From the NCBI GenBank assembly GCA_030141605.1, contig JAQGDQ010000056.1, positions 124,001-188,000 on the forward strand: 64,000 nt of DNA. Reading direction: 5' to 3'. Origin of the DNA: Tubiluchus corallicola (lineage: Eukaryota; Animalia; Priapulida). Positions 52,901 to 64,000 of this stretch are shown here, one piece after another (the first letter of the stretch is position 1; the number at the start of each line of letters is the position of its first letter). The notes below the pieces were generated by a model. It was not told the DNA's origin. It worked only from the letters and a program-made list of their open reading frames with translations, and made no database searches. The position numbers were made by a program, and so were the translations under genes.

Positions 52901-55900
52901 CCAAGTGACTCTTAAAAGCAATTATAATGGTATAGTTCACTACTTCCACTGATAACTGATTCGAAGGCATTAATAATTGATTTGATTTACCTCTAAATAG
53001 TAAGCACCTGATATTGTTGCCACCCACCAATTAACACATACATATATTTAGCTTCACTCAGTCAAGATTGATTGTTTATTGGTACATTAAATTACTTGAC
53101 ACAATTACGAAAAACTGAATTGCACGGAAAGGTCTTTCAACATTACTAATTTACATTTTTTTGAGATTGTTTTAAGACTGAAGCAGACAAACATTTAAGT
53201 CATTTTAAGAGAATTTAAGCAAATATTAATGCAAAATGAATTTCTAAAGCAGCTTGCAACTATCTGTTTGCCTAGTTGTTTGTTTCCAAAACGGAATGTC
53301 TCACTGTAGTGTAGATGTAAGAAATGAGATGTTATGTCAGAGTTGAATACTCTAGTAAGGTATAATTAAAAGCACTTGATTACAAGTTGTAATTAGGGTG
53401 GTTGTAAAGCACTAAAAAAATGCACAAAAGTACTTGTCAAGCTGCTTGATGTTCATTCAACTACTTGCGCTTGTACTTGAACGCACTTGAACCCAAATCT
53501 GACACTTGCTGTTTTGTTTTTTCATTAACCATTAAAATGTTTTGATAAATTTTCAGCAACTTCCGATTGGACAAAATTTTTTATGGAAGCAGGACTTCCG
53601 GCAAATTTGGCTGCCAATTATGCAATTACATTTACAGGTATGATATGCACTGTGTGAAAATAGTAGATACAAGCCCAAGCTACAAATCCTATAATCGTGC
53701 TCTTTTGTTAAGAATTAACATGTATGCAGTTACTAATTCTTCACTTTATTATGTTTTAGTTGTAAACCAGTTTATTTTAATATGAACACTGCTACAATAA
53801 TCAGGTCTAAAGGCAAAAACTTTTTTTTGTGCATTTACGTAACAAGTTTGCAAAATTATTATTCTATTTTTAAATGTATATTACTGCTATATCTGTTTCT
53901 GCTTTTCTGGTTTTGCCTGTTTGCCAAGAATATGACTACAGTAATAGAATCTTCTAGAAATATTTTCTCATTTTTAGCTTAGTGTGAGATAATATGGAAG
54001 TGGGTCAACTAAACCCTAAAAGCTAAAGTTTCTTTTGATTTCACCCTTCATCGCAATACATATGAGAATCCCATTGTAATACTTGGCCTAATTTCAAGCC
54101 AAGCCGTATTAAAAAGAAACTGAAAAGGTGCTGAAAAAATAGGTTGTGGCTTTAGTGTATTGTATCAAGTGATCCTTCTTGCTAAAGTTGCTTTGCATGG
54201 GTCTGAATCTAGTTTTCTGTGTTTACAAGCTAGTCTCTTGATTATATACAAACGGATTTTTGTTTGAGACCTTGTAGTGTATCGATAGTTTTAAGGCTTT
54301 TTGACAGTGTGTAGCATTCTACTCTTAAAAACAAATGCATCACCATTTGCCTAAGATTAGTAAAACTTGAATGAGGTTGAGTTAACTCAATTAAGGGCAT
54401 TACAGCTGGCAGATACCATAATCTAAATACGGCATGCAAAAGTGCTCAATGTGAAATGGTCTCGCTGTCGCTTTGAGTAAGTCAGAACTGTTGATTACTT
54501 CTCCCAGTAGATATTCTCATGTTAAATCTTCGGAAATTTTACTTTTTTGAAGAGCAGCATTTTTTGGCAGTGAACTACATATATAAAAATAACTTTTAAT
54601 GTTAAGAAAGGAATACGAAGGCACAATTTCAAGTCGTGCCCAATTGGAAACTGTTTTGCAATTCTTTGACATTATGAATTTTATTTCTGATGAATTTGTG
54701 CAAAATTGCCTTGTCAATTTATCAGAATGTGGGTGTGCTATATAGGAAGGCCGTCTATTTGATTTTTGGTATTTCAATGCTGTAGTTAGATTAGTGTGTT
54801 TAAGCATGTGTATTATGGAATTTCTAGGAATAATTTAGTGAAAATAAGATACTTTTCAACTTTTTTTAGAAGAATAAAACACCAAGGAAATTTCTTATCC
54901 GTTATGCAGCTTTAGCTATTTTAATTTAGCCAGCTTGTCTTTTTAGACCATCGTATACAGCGCAGCATGCTGGCTGACCTTAGCAAAGAAATTCTCAATG
55001 ACATGGGTATTAAAGCACTTGGCGACATCATTGCCATATTGAAACATGCAAAAGATGTGTACACACATGAAGAAAGAGAGAAGATGCTGGCAGGGAATGG
55101 CAGCAACAACAGTCTACGGCGATCTACTCGTAAGTGCATAATAGTTTCTACATAGTAGTGTCTACCTTTCTGACCTTCTTGTACGACATTTGTGATTTCG
55201 TGATGTAATTAAAACTAGCCTAGCGAGATCACGACAATCCATGCTAGCGTAAAGTCTTGGCTATAGGTTGCACAAAAATGTTTTCGAAAATGTAAGCACT
55301 GCTCATTGAAACTGCTTTACTGTGATTTATCATTTGTAAGCGAAGGCAAAATGAACATTAATAAAAAACTTTACTTTTAATATAATAACAATAAGTCCAT
55401 GTAATATTAATAATAATAACAATTATTATTATTATAATGTCTAGTTGGATTTATGTATCTTCTTTGTATTTGATACAAATGATTTTTGAATACTCCACCT
55501 ACTAATTTTGCCGTTTATTCAAGTTAGCAATAGGCACAACTTCTGGTTGATGTGTGTCAGCACCCTAACTTTCCAATTTTGTATTTCATATGGATGACAT
55601 TTCACTTTCAATGCATTTTTTTTTGCTAAGCGGCCAGCAGGACTGTTGCTCACTATCTACCCAAAGGCGATGATATGGGACCGATGGGTTCACCGATGTT
55701 GAGTTCTGAAAGCACCACATCTGGCCTATCTCGAGCACTAGCAGCAAGATTAGGTGACAGCGTTGATACTTCAGAATCATCTAAAGAGTCTGTTGCGATG
55801 TTCAGCATGCCTCCAGAAATAAAGAATAATGTTGCAGGTGCTGGTGTTGCATCAACAATGCAGAAGGTTGCTGTTAACGAAACAATAGAGAATTCTTCAG

Positions 55901-58900
55901 AGACTGCAACACCCAATACGACGCCTAAGAAAATTGTGAAAGTCTCCACAAAACTTAGTAAGCTTTGTGCATTTCGCTTAATTAACCTTAAATAACTTTT
56001 TTTAGTTTGGTTGTGAATTTTTAGGCATATGATTCATATTCACTGTTGGATAGTAACACGTTACTATAATCAAATTACTTTTTATAGTAACGAGTAGTGT
56101 AATGCGAATACTGCTTACTCTTGTAATCAGATTACTCGTTACTTTCGCAGTAATGCTACTAAATCTGTGTTACTTATCTATACAAGAATAAAATTTTAAA
56201 CTTAAGCTGTTTTGATTGTTTAGTCGGTGTGAATGCTAGTGTGTGTGTTTGTTTGTAGTGGATACAAGTGAAGCAGGAGCTTTTGTCAAGTAGCAGTTCA
56301 GCCATTACTTTAAATTTGTAAATGGTGAAAAACAAAGTGTTCAATTTGTTTCGCTATACCTGTGATAAAGTATCACTCAAACCACCACACAAAAGTAATC
56401 AGTAAGGGATTATCTTTGCTAAAAGTAATCAGTAATGAGCAATTTGATTACTTGTTTTCTAATGTAACCAGTAATCATAACAAGTAACGAACCCAACACT
56501 GCTCATATTTCGTATTGTAAATCCCATTTCTGTTGAGATGAAATGCTTTTTCTGTCACTCACTGATTTAGTAGAAGTTTCAACTAGTGATTGATTGGAGT
56601 TTAATCACAACAAAATCAGTAGGAAATACATCTAAAAGTCATCATCAGTGCCCACGTGACATGCTGGAGGCTAGCAATCTTAGTAGATACATCTACAGGT
56701 GGCATATTATATGTTTTTGGATAACTTATTAGCTTTTTGTCATTTTTTTAAAGAAAAGAAGCAAAATGTAGTGGATCTCCGACAAGCAAAGGCATCAGCA
56801 AGTCCTCAAAAGGAAGAGGTGCCTACACAAAAGAAGCGGAGAGTTTTAGCAATACACGAAGGAACATACACTGTCAAAATGCCTGTTGGTAACACGGCCA
56901 AAACCAAAAAGATCCTTGCCAGCCAAAAAACGAAAGCAACTGGTGTGTTCATAGTAAATGTATTGTGGTATAGGGAGCTTCATAAAATGCTATCACTTAT
57001 TTGGGATTAACATTTTTCCGTTAAACAGCAATTTAGAGGTCTCACAAACCTTCTCCAAAAATCTAAAACTCTGAATCTGCCTTGGCCAGGTCTTCTCTTT
57101 TTGATGCGTAAAATTATCAGACATCATATGGCCTAAATTCTTCACTGCTACAGGGCAAAAGAGTTGCGATGATAAAAATCAATGACGAAATTATTTAAGT
57201 TGCCACTACACAATAGCTGTGATTTACAGCACTTTTTATTTCTTTGTAAATGGAATAAATTTATTATTATCGTTTTATTATTTTCTTCTCATTTGAAATT
57301 TTTCTAACAAAATTTTGATAATAGGTAGTTATTTTACGATAAGATTCCTTGCATTTGATATTATAGCTATTGTAGCAGTTCTAGCTGTTGTTTTTTAAGA
57401 ACACAGAATTTGAATACTTTCAAGTGTATTTAATTTCATTGAGATTCATTCATTTGATAAAAATTGGTATGAAAAAAATTAAAGTAGAATTGAACTTTAA
57501 TTTTTTATGTACTTTCTGCCACAGAACAAATAGTAGAATTTCTTTAATTTGCTGTTCATTATGGCCTAAATTGTTGCATGATATATCAGATTAAATGCAT
57601 TTGCAATGCTTCTATTTACTAATTCATTTATTTACATTAATCTTTTTAGATATTTATTTACTAACTCTGTTTAATTTTGTTTAAGCTGTTGGGTCATCGG
57701 TATTTGACCGCCTTGGTGATTCAGATGAAGTCAGTAGTTCTGGAATAAGTTCATCTCTTCAGAAAACTAAGAATTCTGACCTGGTGAGTATAGCTACATT
57801 GTGATGGATTTTTCTCCTCTTATAAAAGAATTTGATCATCCAAACCAAATTAACGATGTCACGTTCTGCATTTTTTAAATTTAGCACTGTGTCTGTTGTT
57901 GGCACATTGTATGATTGGCATAGACTATTTCTAGAATAGCGTGGAAGGGGCACATTTTTACAAATAAAAGTAATGGATATGCACAATGTTGGAGTGTAGT
58001 TGAATTATTAGTTAGATACAAGTTAGTATCAGACTATTGAAGTAGATTTATACTGTGTCAGCACGGGCTTGTTAGCAAAGCTGTGCATTTCCTTTAGATT
58101 GCTTATGTTTGTCGCTCACCTAAGCATGACTACAGGCCAAGAAATAATGTACTGTTTCAAGCCTAAAAGAGACTGGCTAACGAAGCATAAGTATTTCTTA
58201 TTACTAGGCCTGTAACGATACATCAAAGCATCATGATACCTTTTGCAAAGATACGTGTATCATCAAAATGGACCAGTATCGCAATAATGTGAATCATTGA
58301 TATTAAGCACAAACTAGACTGTCCGCTGATAAAGACAGCATGAAATAATTCAAGCTACAGCTGTAGCGTAACAATCAGTGCAGTGAGCGCAGCATATATA
58401 TAGGCAGCTTGACCTTGACACAGCAGACCCGCTGCTAGCAGTCAGCCAAAGCGAAGCGGTTGAAAATGCAATGTGCTTATAATAATGTATAGTAGGCTAA
58501 TTACACGTCTGCTTATAAGTTTCTGAAATGGCTTGCAGCAGATAGTGAACTAGAAAATGTACCAGCATATTTTAAATCAAAAAGTATTGAAATGTTTTGC
58601 ATTTCTGGTGGCTACAATGCAAATAATACAAGAGTATAAACAGAAGTTAAAAAGTCTGCCGAATTATTTTAGCACTTATCAATTTTAAAATTGTTTGATA
58701 AATCTAATATGTACATATAATATATCAACAGCTTAATCTAGTTTTTTTATTAAAGCCTGCAAACGTTAACTCAATGTGTATCGTATCGTGAGGTTAGTAT
58801 CGTGACTTAGGTGTATCGTTACAGCCCTACTTGTTACTATTAGCTCACTACCAGCTAGGAATCATTTTACACAGCATCGTGTCCTGGTGCAGAAATGAGA

Positions 58901-61136
58901 AAACTAACCACATCTTCAAAATACGAAAAGTGGTTCTTTGATTATTAATGTTTAATTTTTTTATTAATGTTAAAGATGTGTAGTGTATCTTGGACAAATT
59001 CTTATTGCTAATACATGTAAGCATTTTATACTTTTTGTACTGTAGGCATCTTCCGTGTTTTCAAGACTTGGGCCACTTAACGTAGTTAGTATTAGTGCAG
59101 CTACATCGACGTCTGGTGATATGGAAGATGACGATGAAGGCAAGAACTACACTGAATATGGTGGAGTACTTAAAACTCTCAGCAAAAAGCAACCAAATGC
59201 CAGAGACGACTCTAAACAAATCTCTGCTTTTGATCCACAACACCAAATCAACAAAAGAACCATAACATTTGCCACAGGTACGACTTCAGAAGAAACCAAA
59301 ACTGATGATGACAGTAAAAACATTAAAGATATTAGCGTTCACTACGTACATGTCAAGCACAAGCAGAAGAAACATGTCGTGAAAGACAGAGCTATTACAT
59401 TTGCAACAACAGCAACACCGTTAAATCTCAAGAGTGACGAAGATAAGGATGTCAGCATTGAACTTTCTGCTGTGAAATCCAAGCAGAAGCCAGTTATTGA
59501 AAAAAAGAAAACCGATATTACTGTCACAATGCCTCCTACTAAAAGCATAACCCAAGTAAAAAAGAGAACGGGTAAGTGAAACACAATCAGAATTTTCAGA
59601 TAAAAGTAATAAAAACCTGGAGTGGAGACTTCAGTGTCTCAAAGTTCTTCTACCATTCAAAATTAACCCTTTGCAAATTATATATTAAGTCTGCATTGGT
59701 AGTTTCTGTACTCCAAACTTCACGGTGCATCTACTGTACAATGCCGGTCACTACCTAAAACATTTGGCCTTTTTGTTCTTGTTCATTGTTCTAAATTGCT
59801 GAAACTGCATTGTTTACTGGCACTGTATATGTACTTTAAGCATAATTCCAATTCCACCTGTTCTTGTGGGTTTGAGTATTCTCTCAACATTAATTAATTG
59901 TTGTTAAATAAAAAGTAATATTTTTCACTGGTGATCAAAGAATAAAACAAAAAATCATTTTGTTTTAACTGGCTGTAATTTTTGTGGAGTTGCTTTAGCT
60001 TTAATCTTAGTAGTGCTGTATTATTGTCAGAGCACTTGTTAGATGGGATTACATTAAAACAATACTTAGCAGCTGTTACTTTTGTGTGATCTGTATTGGT
60101 CTGCCACTAAGATATGTGTAAAGAAAATAAGCATGTTTTAGTCTCTACTCAGTAACACATGGCGGAGTTACATTTGCTGCAGTTTTATTTTCTGCAAAAA
60201 AGAGCATGTCGGAGAGACCATGAAAAATAGGTGTAAGCCTTGATACTTGCTCAAATTCAAAGATTTTAGAGATTTGCAAGTCTTGAATAAGAAATGACGT
60301 TATAAACACATCACTAGTTTCTTTCCGAGTCATTTGTCCTAGGTGAATGCACTATTGTACTGTAGCTTCATGTACATGACCAAATTATTTTAAACGATGC
60401 ATAATTTTTCTACTGCGGTTCCTGTGTGCACCTAAATTGTGGCGCCGATGCGTCGAGGAGAGGTCGGCTAAGCATGATACACAACAAATAGAATATGTGT
60501 CTGCTCAGTCATACATCCTAGACTGCAGTTGAGATTACCGAACTAATACTGCGTCAAAACTTGAGTTTAATATTAACATTATCAGTAACTTGCCATGTTT
60601 TTCACCAAACATTTCTATTGTTAGGTCAATAAACTATTGTGCACTTTGGTATTGAAAAGAAATAATTCACAATGCAACACATAGCCCATTTCACAATGTT
60701 TCAGTACATTGCATATGTTTCGTAAGTTTTGTCTTTTGTTACTGTATTAATTTTTTCAAAATTTTTTGTGAACTTTTCAGTTATCAGTACAAAAAGATTG
60801 GCTGACACCACTGTTGTTGACACAGAAGGAATCTTATCTGGAGGCACTAAAAGGAAGACGCCAGTTCATGAGCGAATAGGATCATCTGCATCTGGCTCAA
60901 CAACCACGAATATGGCAGCAGTTGGTACAAGTTCATCTAGCACCATCATTTCATTAAATGGGAAATCAGGTTCTCACATAAACAAGTCTTCTCCCACAAA
61001 ACGTTCTGCAGTGGATGACTCGTTATACGCTCATCCAAAACGAATAAAGTTTGTCAACAAGTCTAAATCAATAGGCACTTCAAGTCAACGCTCAACATCG
61101 AAAGTTTCCCATGCTATTTTTCATAGACTAGGGTAA
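49947..61136 (+). CDS. C19orf47: C19orf47-like protein (N-terminal SAM-like domain, repeated SVFxRLG motifs); 8 coding exons, about 591 aa
   Basis: Exons 49947-49962, 53557-53637, 54947-55129, 55631-55957, 56754-56942, 57686-57783, 59046-59571, 60781-61136 (1776 nt, frame continuous). The N-terminus MAPMAATSDWTKFFMEAGLPANLAANYAITFTDHRIQRSMLADLSKEILNDMGIKALGDIIAILKHAK matches the C19orf47 N-terminus as I recall it. It also carries KRRV...EGTYTVKMP.G.T.KTKKIL, SVFDRLG, SVFSRLG and a terminal IFHRLG. The 16-nt first coding exon is the least certain. Confidence 0.9.
50379..51507 (+). mobile_element. Non-autonomous PIF/Harbinger DNA transposon with a MADF-domain exon, in intron 1 of the C19orf47-like gene
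   Basis: TIRs aggccacgtttccactg (50379) and cagtggaaacgcggcct (ending 51507), 16/17 match; taa/tag flanks if the TIR starts at ggcc (imperfect 3-bp TSD). Internal frame 50578-50719 MCIIDDEQIAHAVELRPALYDKSHPKYSCRASTRQLWAVVAFKV has the MADF/Myb-SANT signature (V..RP.LYD..HP.Y.......LW..VA) typical of the Harbinger second ORF. Confidence 0.82.
51545..52800 (-). mobile_element. Decayed CR1/L2-clade LINE reverse transcriptase fragment
   Basis: Minus-strand peptides IRGKLLQWFQYFLTQRRQ...WRNVTNGIPRGTLLGPYCFLIFIND...LFVDDIK (degenerate GVPQG and FADD motifs) and LCKAVVRPILEYVCVVWSPH. Broken by frameshifts and stops; the 5' boundary is approximate. Confidence 0.85.
56041..56501. mobile_element. hAT-type MITE in a C19orf47-like intron
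   Basis: Ends cactgttgga and cccaacactg (cagtgttggg type); 8-bp TSD ttcatatt/ctcatatt (7/8); many subterminal gtaa(c/t) and ttac motifs. Confidence 0.8.
58205..58829. mobile_element. hAT-type MITE in a C19orf47-like intron
   Basis: TIRs taggcctgtaacgatac and gtatcgttacagcccta; 8-bp TSD cttattac/cttgttac (7/8); subterminal tatcg/gatac repeats. Confidence 0.85.
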
Positions 61137-63161
61137 ATTGTTACTAGCCTGTTAGCATATATTATGCTAGCAGCATAGATTTATTCTAATTGATGAGTCT
61201 TATTCTACATTTTGTGAAATCTGAGTAAACAAAAATAACAAACAGATTGGTTCATAATGCAAATTTAATTGTTACTGGCAAAAACAGCAACAATTTGTGA
61301 AAAAATCACACAATTAAGAAACAAAGAAAAATACAACATTTCAAGTCACCACTGTGATTTATCTTTATTTCTTAATTATGGGCTTTTTGATTAAATTGTC
61401 AATATGCCAAAAGTTTCTAATGTTTTATTGATGTTCTGTGTTTGAAGTCTCAACCTTATATACTTTCCTTAAATATTACCTATAACTACAAGTACATTTT
61501 TTATTTTGTTCATAATACATCTTATAATTAAATTTTTCTCGATTCACTTCTTCTCTAGTTGCACTATTAGCACAGATACGTGCTGTTTGTTTTACAATGT
61601 ACGATATACATTCAGCATAACCCAGTGGAAAGCAATTGGTACTGTTTACTTTTTAGCATCAGGAACTTATCAAATAAGCAGAGCCATTCATTTACTGATC
61701 ACTAAACAGTAACTAATGCCCTAAGTAATCTTAAAACAGCTAGCCAAGTCAAGTAATACTTAAAAAGCACTAACAAAAATGTCAGAAAGTGAAAGATCTG
61801 TGGAAAATTATTTGTTACTTTACTAGTACAGCATGTACAATTAATTACAAGAAAATTTACAGATTTTATGTTTGATTAACTTTATGACCACATGATGGAT
61901 TTTCCATTTGTGTTGATGGAAAATGAAAAGCTACCTTGTTGGTAGTGAACTGATAATCGATAGAAACTGCAATCTTGCCAGAAACATTGACAACAGTTCT
62001 CCAGCAATTTAAAAACTAGTCACCAGCTCGTGTAAGAGAATTGCTAATCTCACTTGTATTTTTGTATGTACATAATACCAATGTGCCTAGTTTTGAGCTT
62101 GATTGTTTTGCTGTAAACAAAAAACAAACTGTCAAAATAGTATGTCAAATAATATCTTGTTTTGAATTGAAGTAATCAGTGAAATCTTTTTTTGTGTGTA
62201 TGTCACACCAATACAGTATTTATTGTGAAAAAATAATAAAGTTTTGAAATTTGAAACCAGGAAGACAGCTTTTAACTAAACGTATTGTCCTTATAAGATA
62301 TTTAGGTGTAGTTAGATATTTGTATTTAATCATTGGGGCTTTACGTGATTTAATTAGATGCTCAGTTCCTTTTAATCATCAGGATCTGAGCTAAAATTCA
62401 TCGGCGTTTTTCTTGTTTTTGGACAGCATTTCATTAAAGAATGTAATCACTTCATAAAATCGTACTTTCAGAAATAAATATACATACAAATCAGTCAAAT
62501 ATTTATTGTTGAGTAATTTCACAACATGACACATCATTAACGTCAATACGATTTATGGCAGAATAAGTGAACAGAAATGATGATTTGGCTATGGCCACAT
62601 TAGTACATAAGTTAATTCAAGTCCTTTACTACGGTAGCTACTCGAAGAACAACTGAATGAAAATAATAGTCAACATATATCTGTGAAACAAGAAGCAATG
62701 TTAGAAACAGCACTACTGTACTAGGTGCCAAACAATGGCTTTATAATGTCCAATCGATCTCGAAATGTGAATTTTGCCAAACAGCATAGAAAATAAAACT
62801 TGAGCTTTAGTGATGACGGTTTTTTATTTATGGTTGATCACTTGGTGGTAAATCATCTCAAGTCTGTAGAAGTCTATGAGATGCACAGCTTAGTTCGCCT
62901 TCAGAAACTCTTACACAGTTATGATGATCTGTGAGCTTAACACAAGAAAACTAAAAAAAATTTATAGCTACATACTAATAAGCAAAACCAGAGATATCAT
63001 TTACAACCAAAACAGAGCAAATGCTAGGTACTCAAAGTAATGCCAAAGTTTAGTGTTGCTTGCATTCAAGTTGTCATTGTGCTCATCGATCTGCTTGATC
63101 CTTATGCGCAATTACAGAATTTAACAAACAAGTACTGCCCTGCCACTAAACTTAAGTCAAG

Positions 63162-63302
63162 CTAGATATACTTTGTCTTCTGCAAGGCCATCATTACATG
63201 TGAATCGTCTAGCATACGCTTCCAATCTGTCTGGCCAACAACGAAGCCAATGTCACGAGCTCGTTGTGTTGCTTTCCTTTCCTCTATGTCTGCCCAGCGA
63301 AC
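63162..63302 (-). CDS. YLPM1: Terminal coding exon of YLP motif-containing protein 1 (ZAP3); the gene continues beyond the window
   Basis: After a minus-strand CAG acceptor the frame reads VRWADIEERKATQRARDIGFVVGQTDWKRMLDDSHVMMALQKTKYI*. This matches the YLPM1 C-terminus as I recall it (RVRWADLEE...RAIGFVVGQTDW...TKYI), including part of the PP1-docking RVxW motif. Not in the ORF track because it is only 46 aa. Confidence 0.92.
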   Translation of the reverse strand, partial: VRWADIEERKATQRARDIGFVVGQTDWKRMLDDSHVMMALQKTKYI

Positions 63303-64000
63303 CTGTCACAAAGGAATAATAAATTGACAATACAAAGTTCTATTGCCAGTCACTTAAAGAAAAAGAAGTAAAAATAATCCAACTGCTGAGCTATTTGAAG
63401 CCTAGCTGAAACAAAATGAGTGCAAATGAGAACGGCAATTAAATTTTTAAAACAAAAGTGGGTAGTTTTAAATTGTACACATTTGCTACTCAACAGCAAT
63501 CTCAAATAACCTTTAGTGATGTAACCATTACAATAAAAATGTATAGAAAATTAGAAATTATGAAACATACAGAAAGAATTGTATATCAAAACCATTCAGA
63601 GCCAGACTGCTCTTATATGATTTGTGTTCATGAAATTACTTTCATTCCCATGAAAAATTTTTGTGGTCAACAATTTTTTGCGTGTAGAATGACAATGATT
63701 TCTTCAAAATAAATTATTTCTTTAAAAACGTTTTCTGGCTAAAGAACAAGTTTTTATGAATGCATAAATACAATTACTGAGGGGTCAGTTTTTGTAAAAA
63801 TGTGCACATTGTACAGTAGATATAGACATAACTGACATACAATTACACACTCATTCAGTATAGGGATGTTAAATGATACAAATTTGACGATCACATTAAC
63901 GATAACAATAAACTATTTTTAGACGATACGACAAATAATTTTGAATGATAAAAAAGGATACTGAAGTTTGACAATTTATGGAACAACAGACAAAGTGTTA

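Overview
AT-rich, intron-rich animal (invertebrate-like) genomic DNA; nothing prokaryotic. I assembled three protein-coding genes by hand from GT-AG splice sites and reading-frame continuity. (1) A complete 21-coding-exon type I diacylglycerol kinase (+, 28443-45237, about 921-923 aa; RVH/N-terminal domain, 2 EF-hands, 2 C1 domains, catalytic and accessory domains), preceded by about 28 kb with no recognisable CDS and followed by a probable ~4 kb 3'UTR. (2) A complete 8-exon C19orf47-like gene (+, 49947-61136, about 591 aa). (3) The last coding exon of a convergent YLPM1/ZAP3 orthologue (-, 63162-63302). Mobile DNA includes a PIF/Harbinger element carrying a MADF exon, a decayed CR1-like LINE, two hAT-type MITEs with 8-bp TSDs, a Tigger/pogo-type MITE and a dispersed TTAA-ended repeat, and there is a ~1.6 kb degenerate 24-bp minisatellite. 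The most interesting signal is a splice donor 3 nt after the DGK UGA stop: depending on the acceptor used, splicing builds either UGA-CAA-UUA (a CARYYA leaky-stop context followed by an open frame) or UGA-CAA-UGA (a double stop), a candidate splicing-controlled readthrough switch. All gene models are manual and not validated by RNA data.
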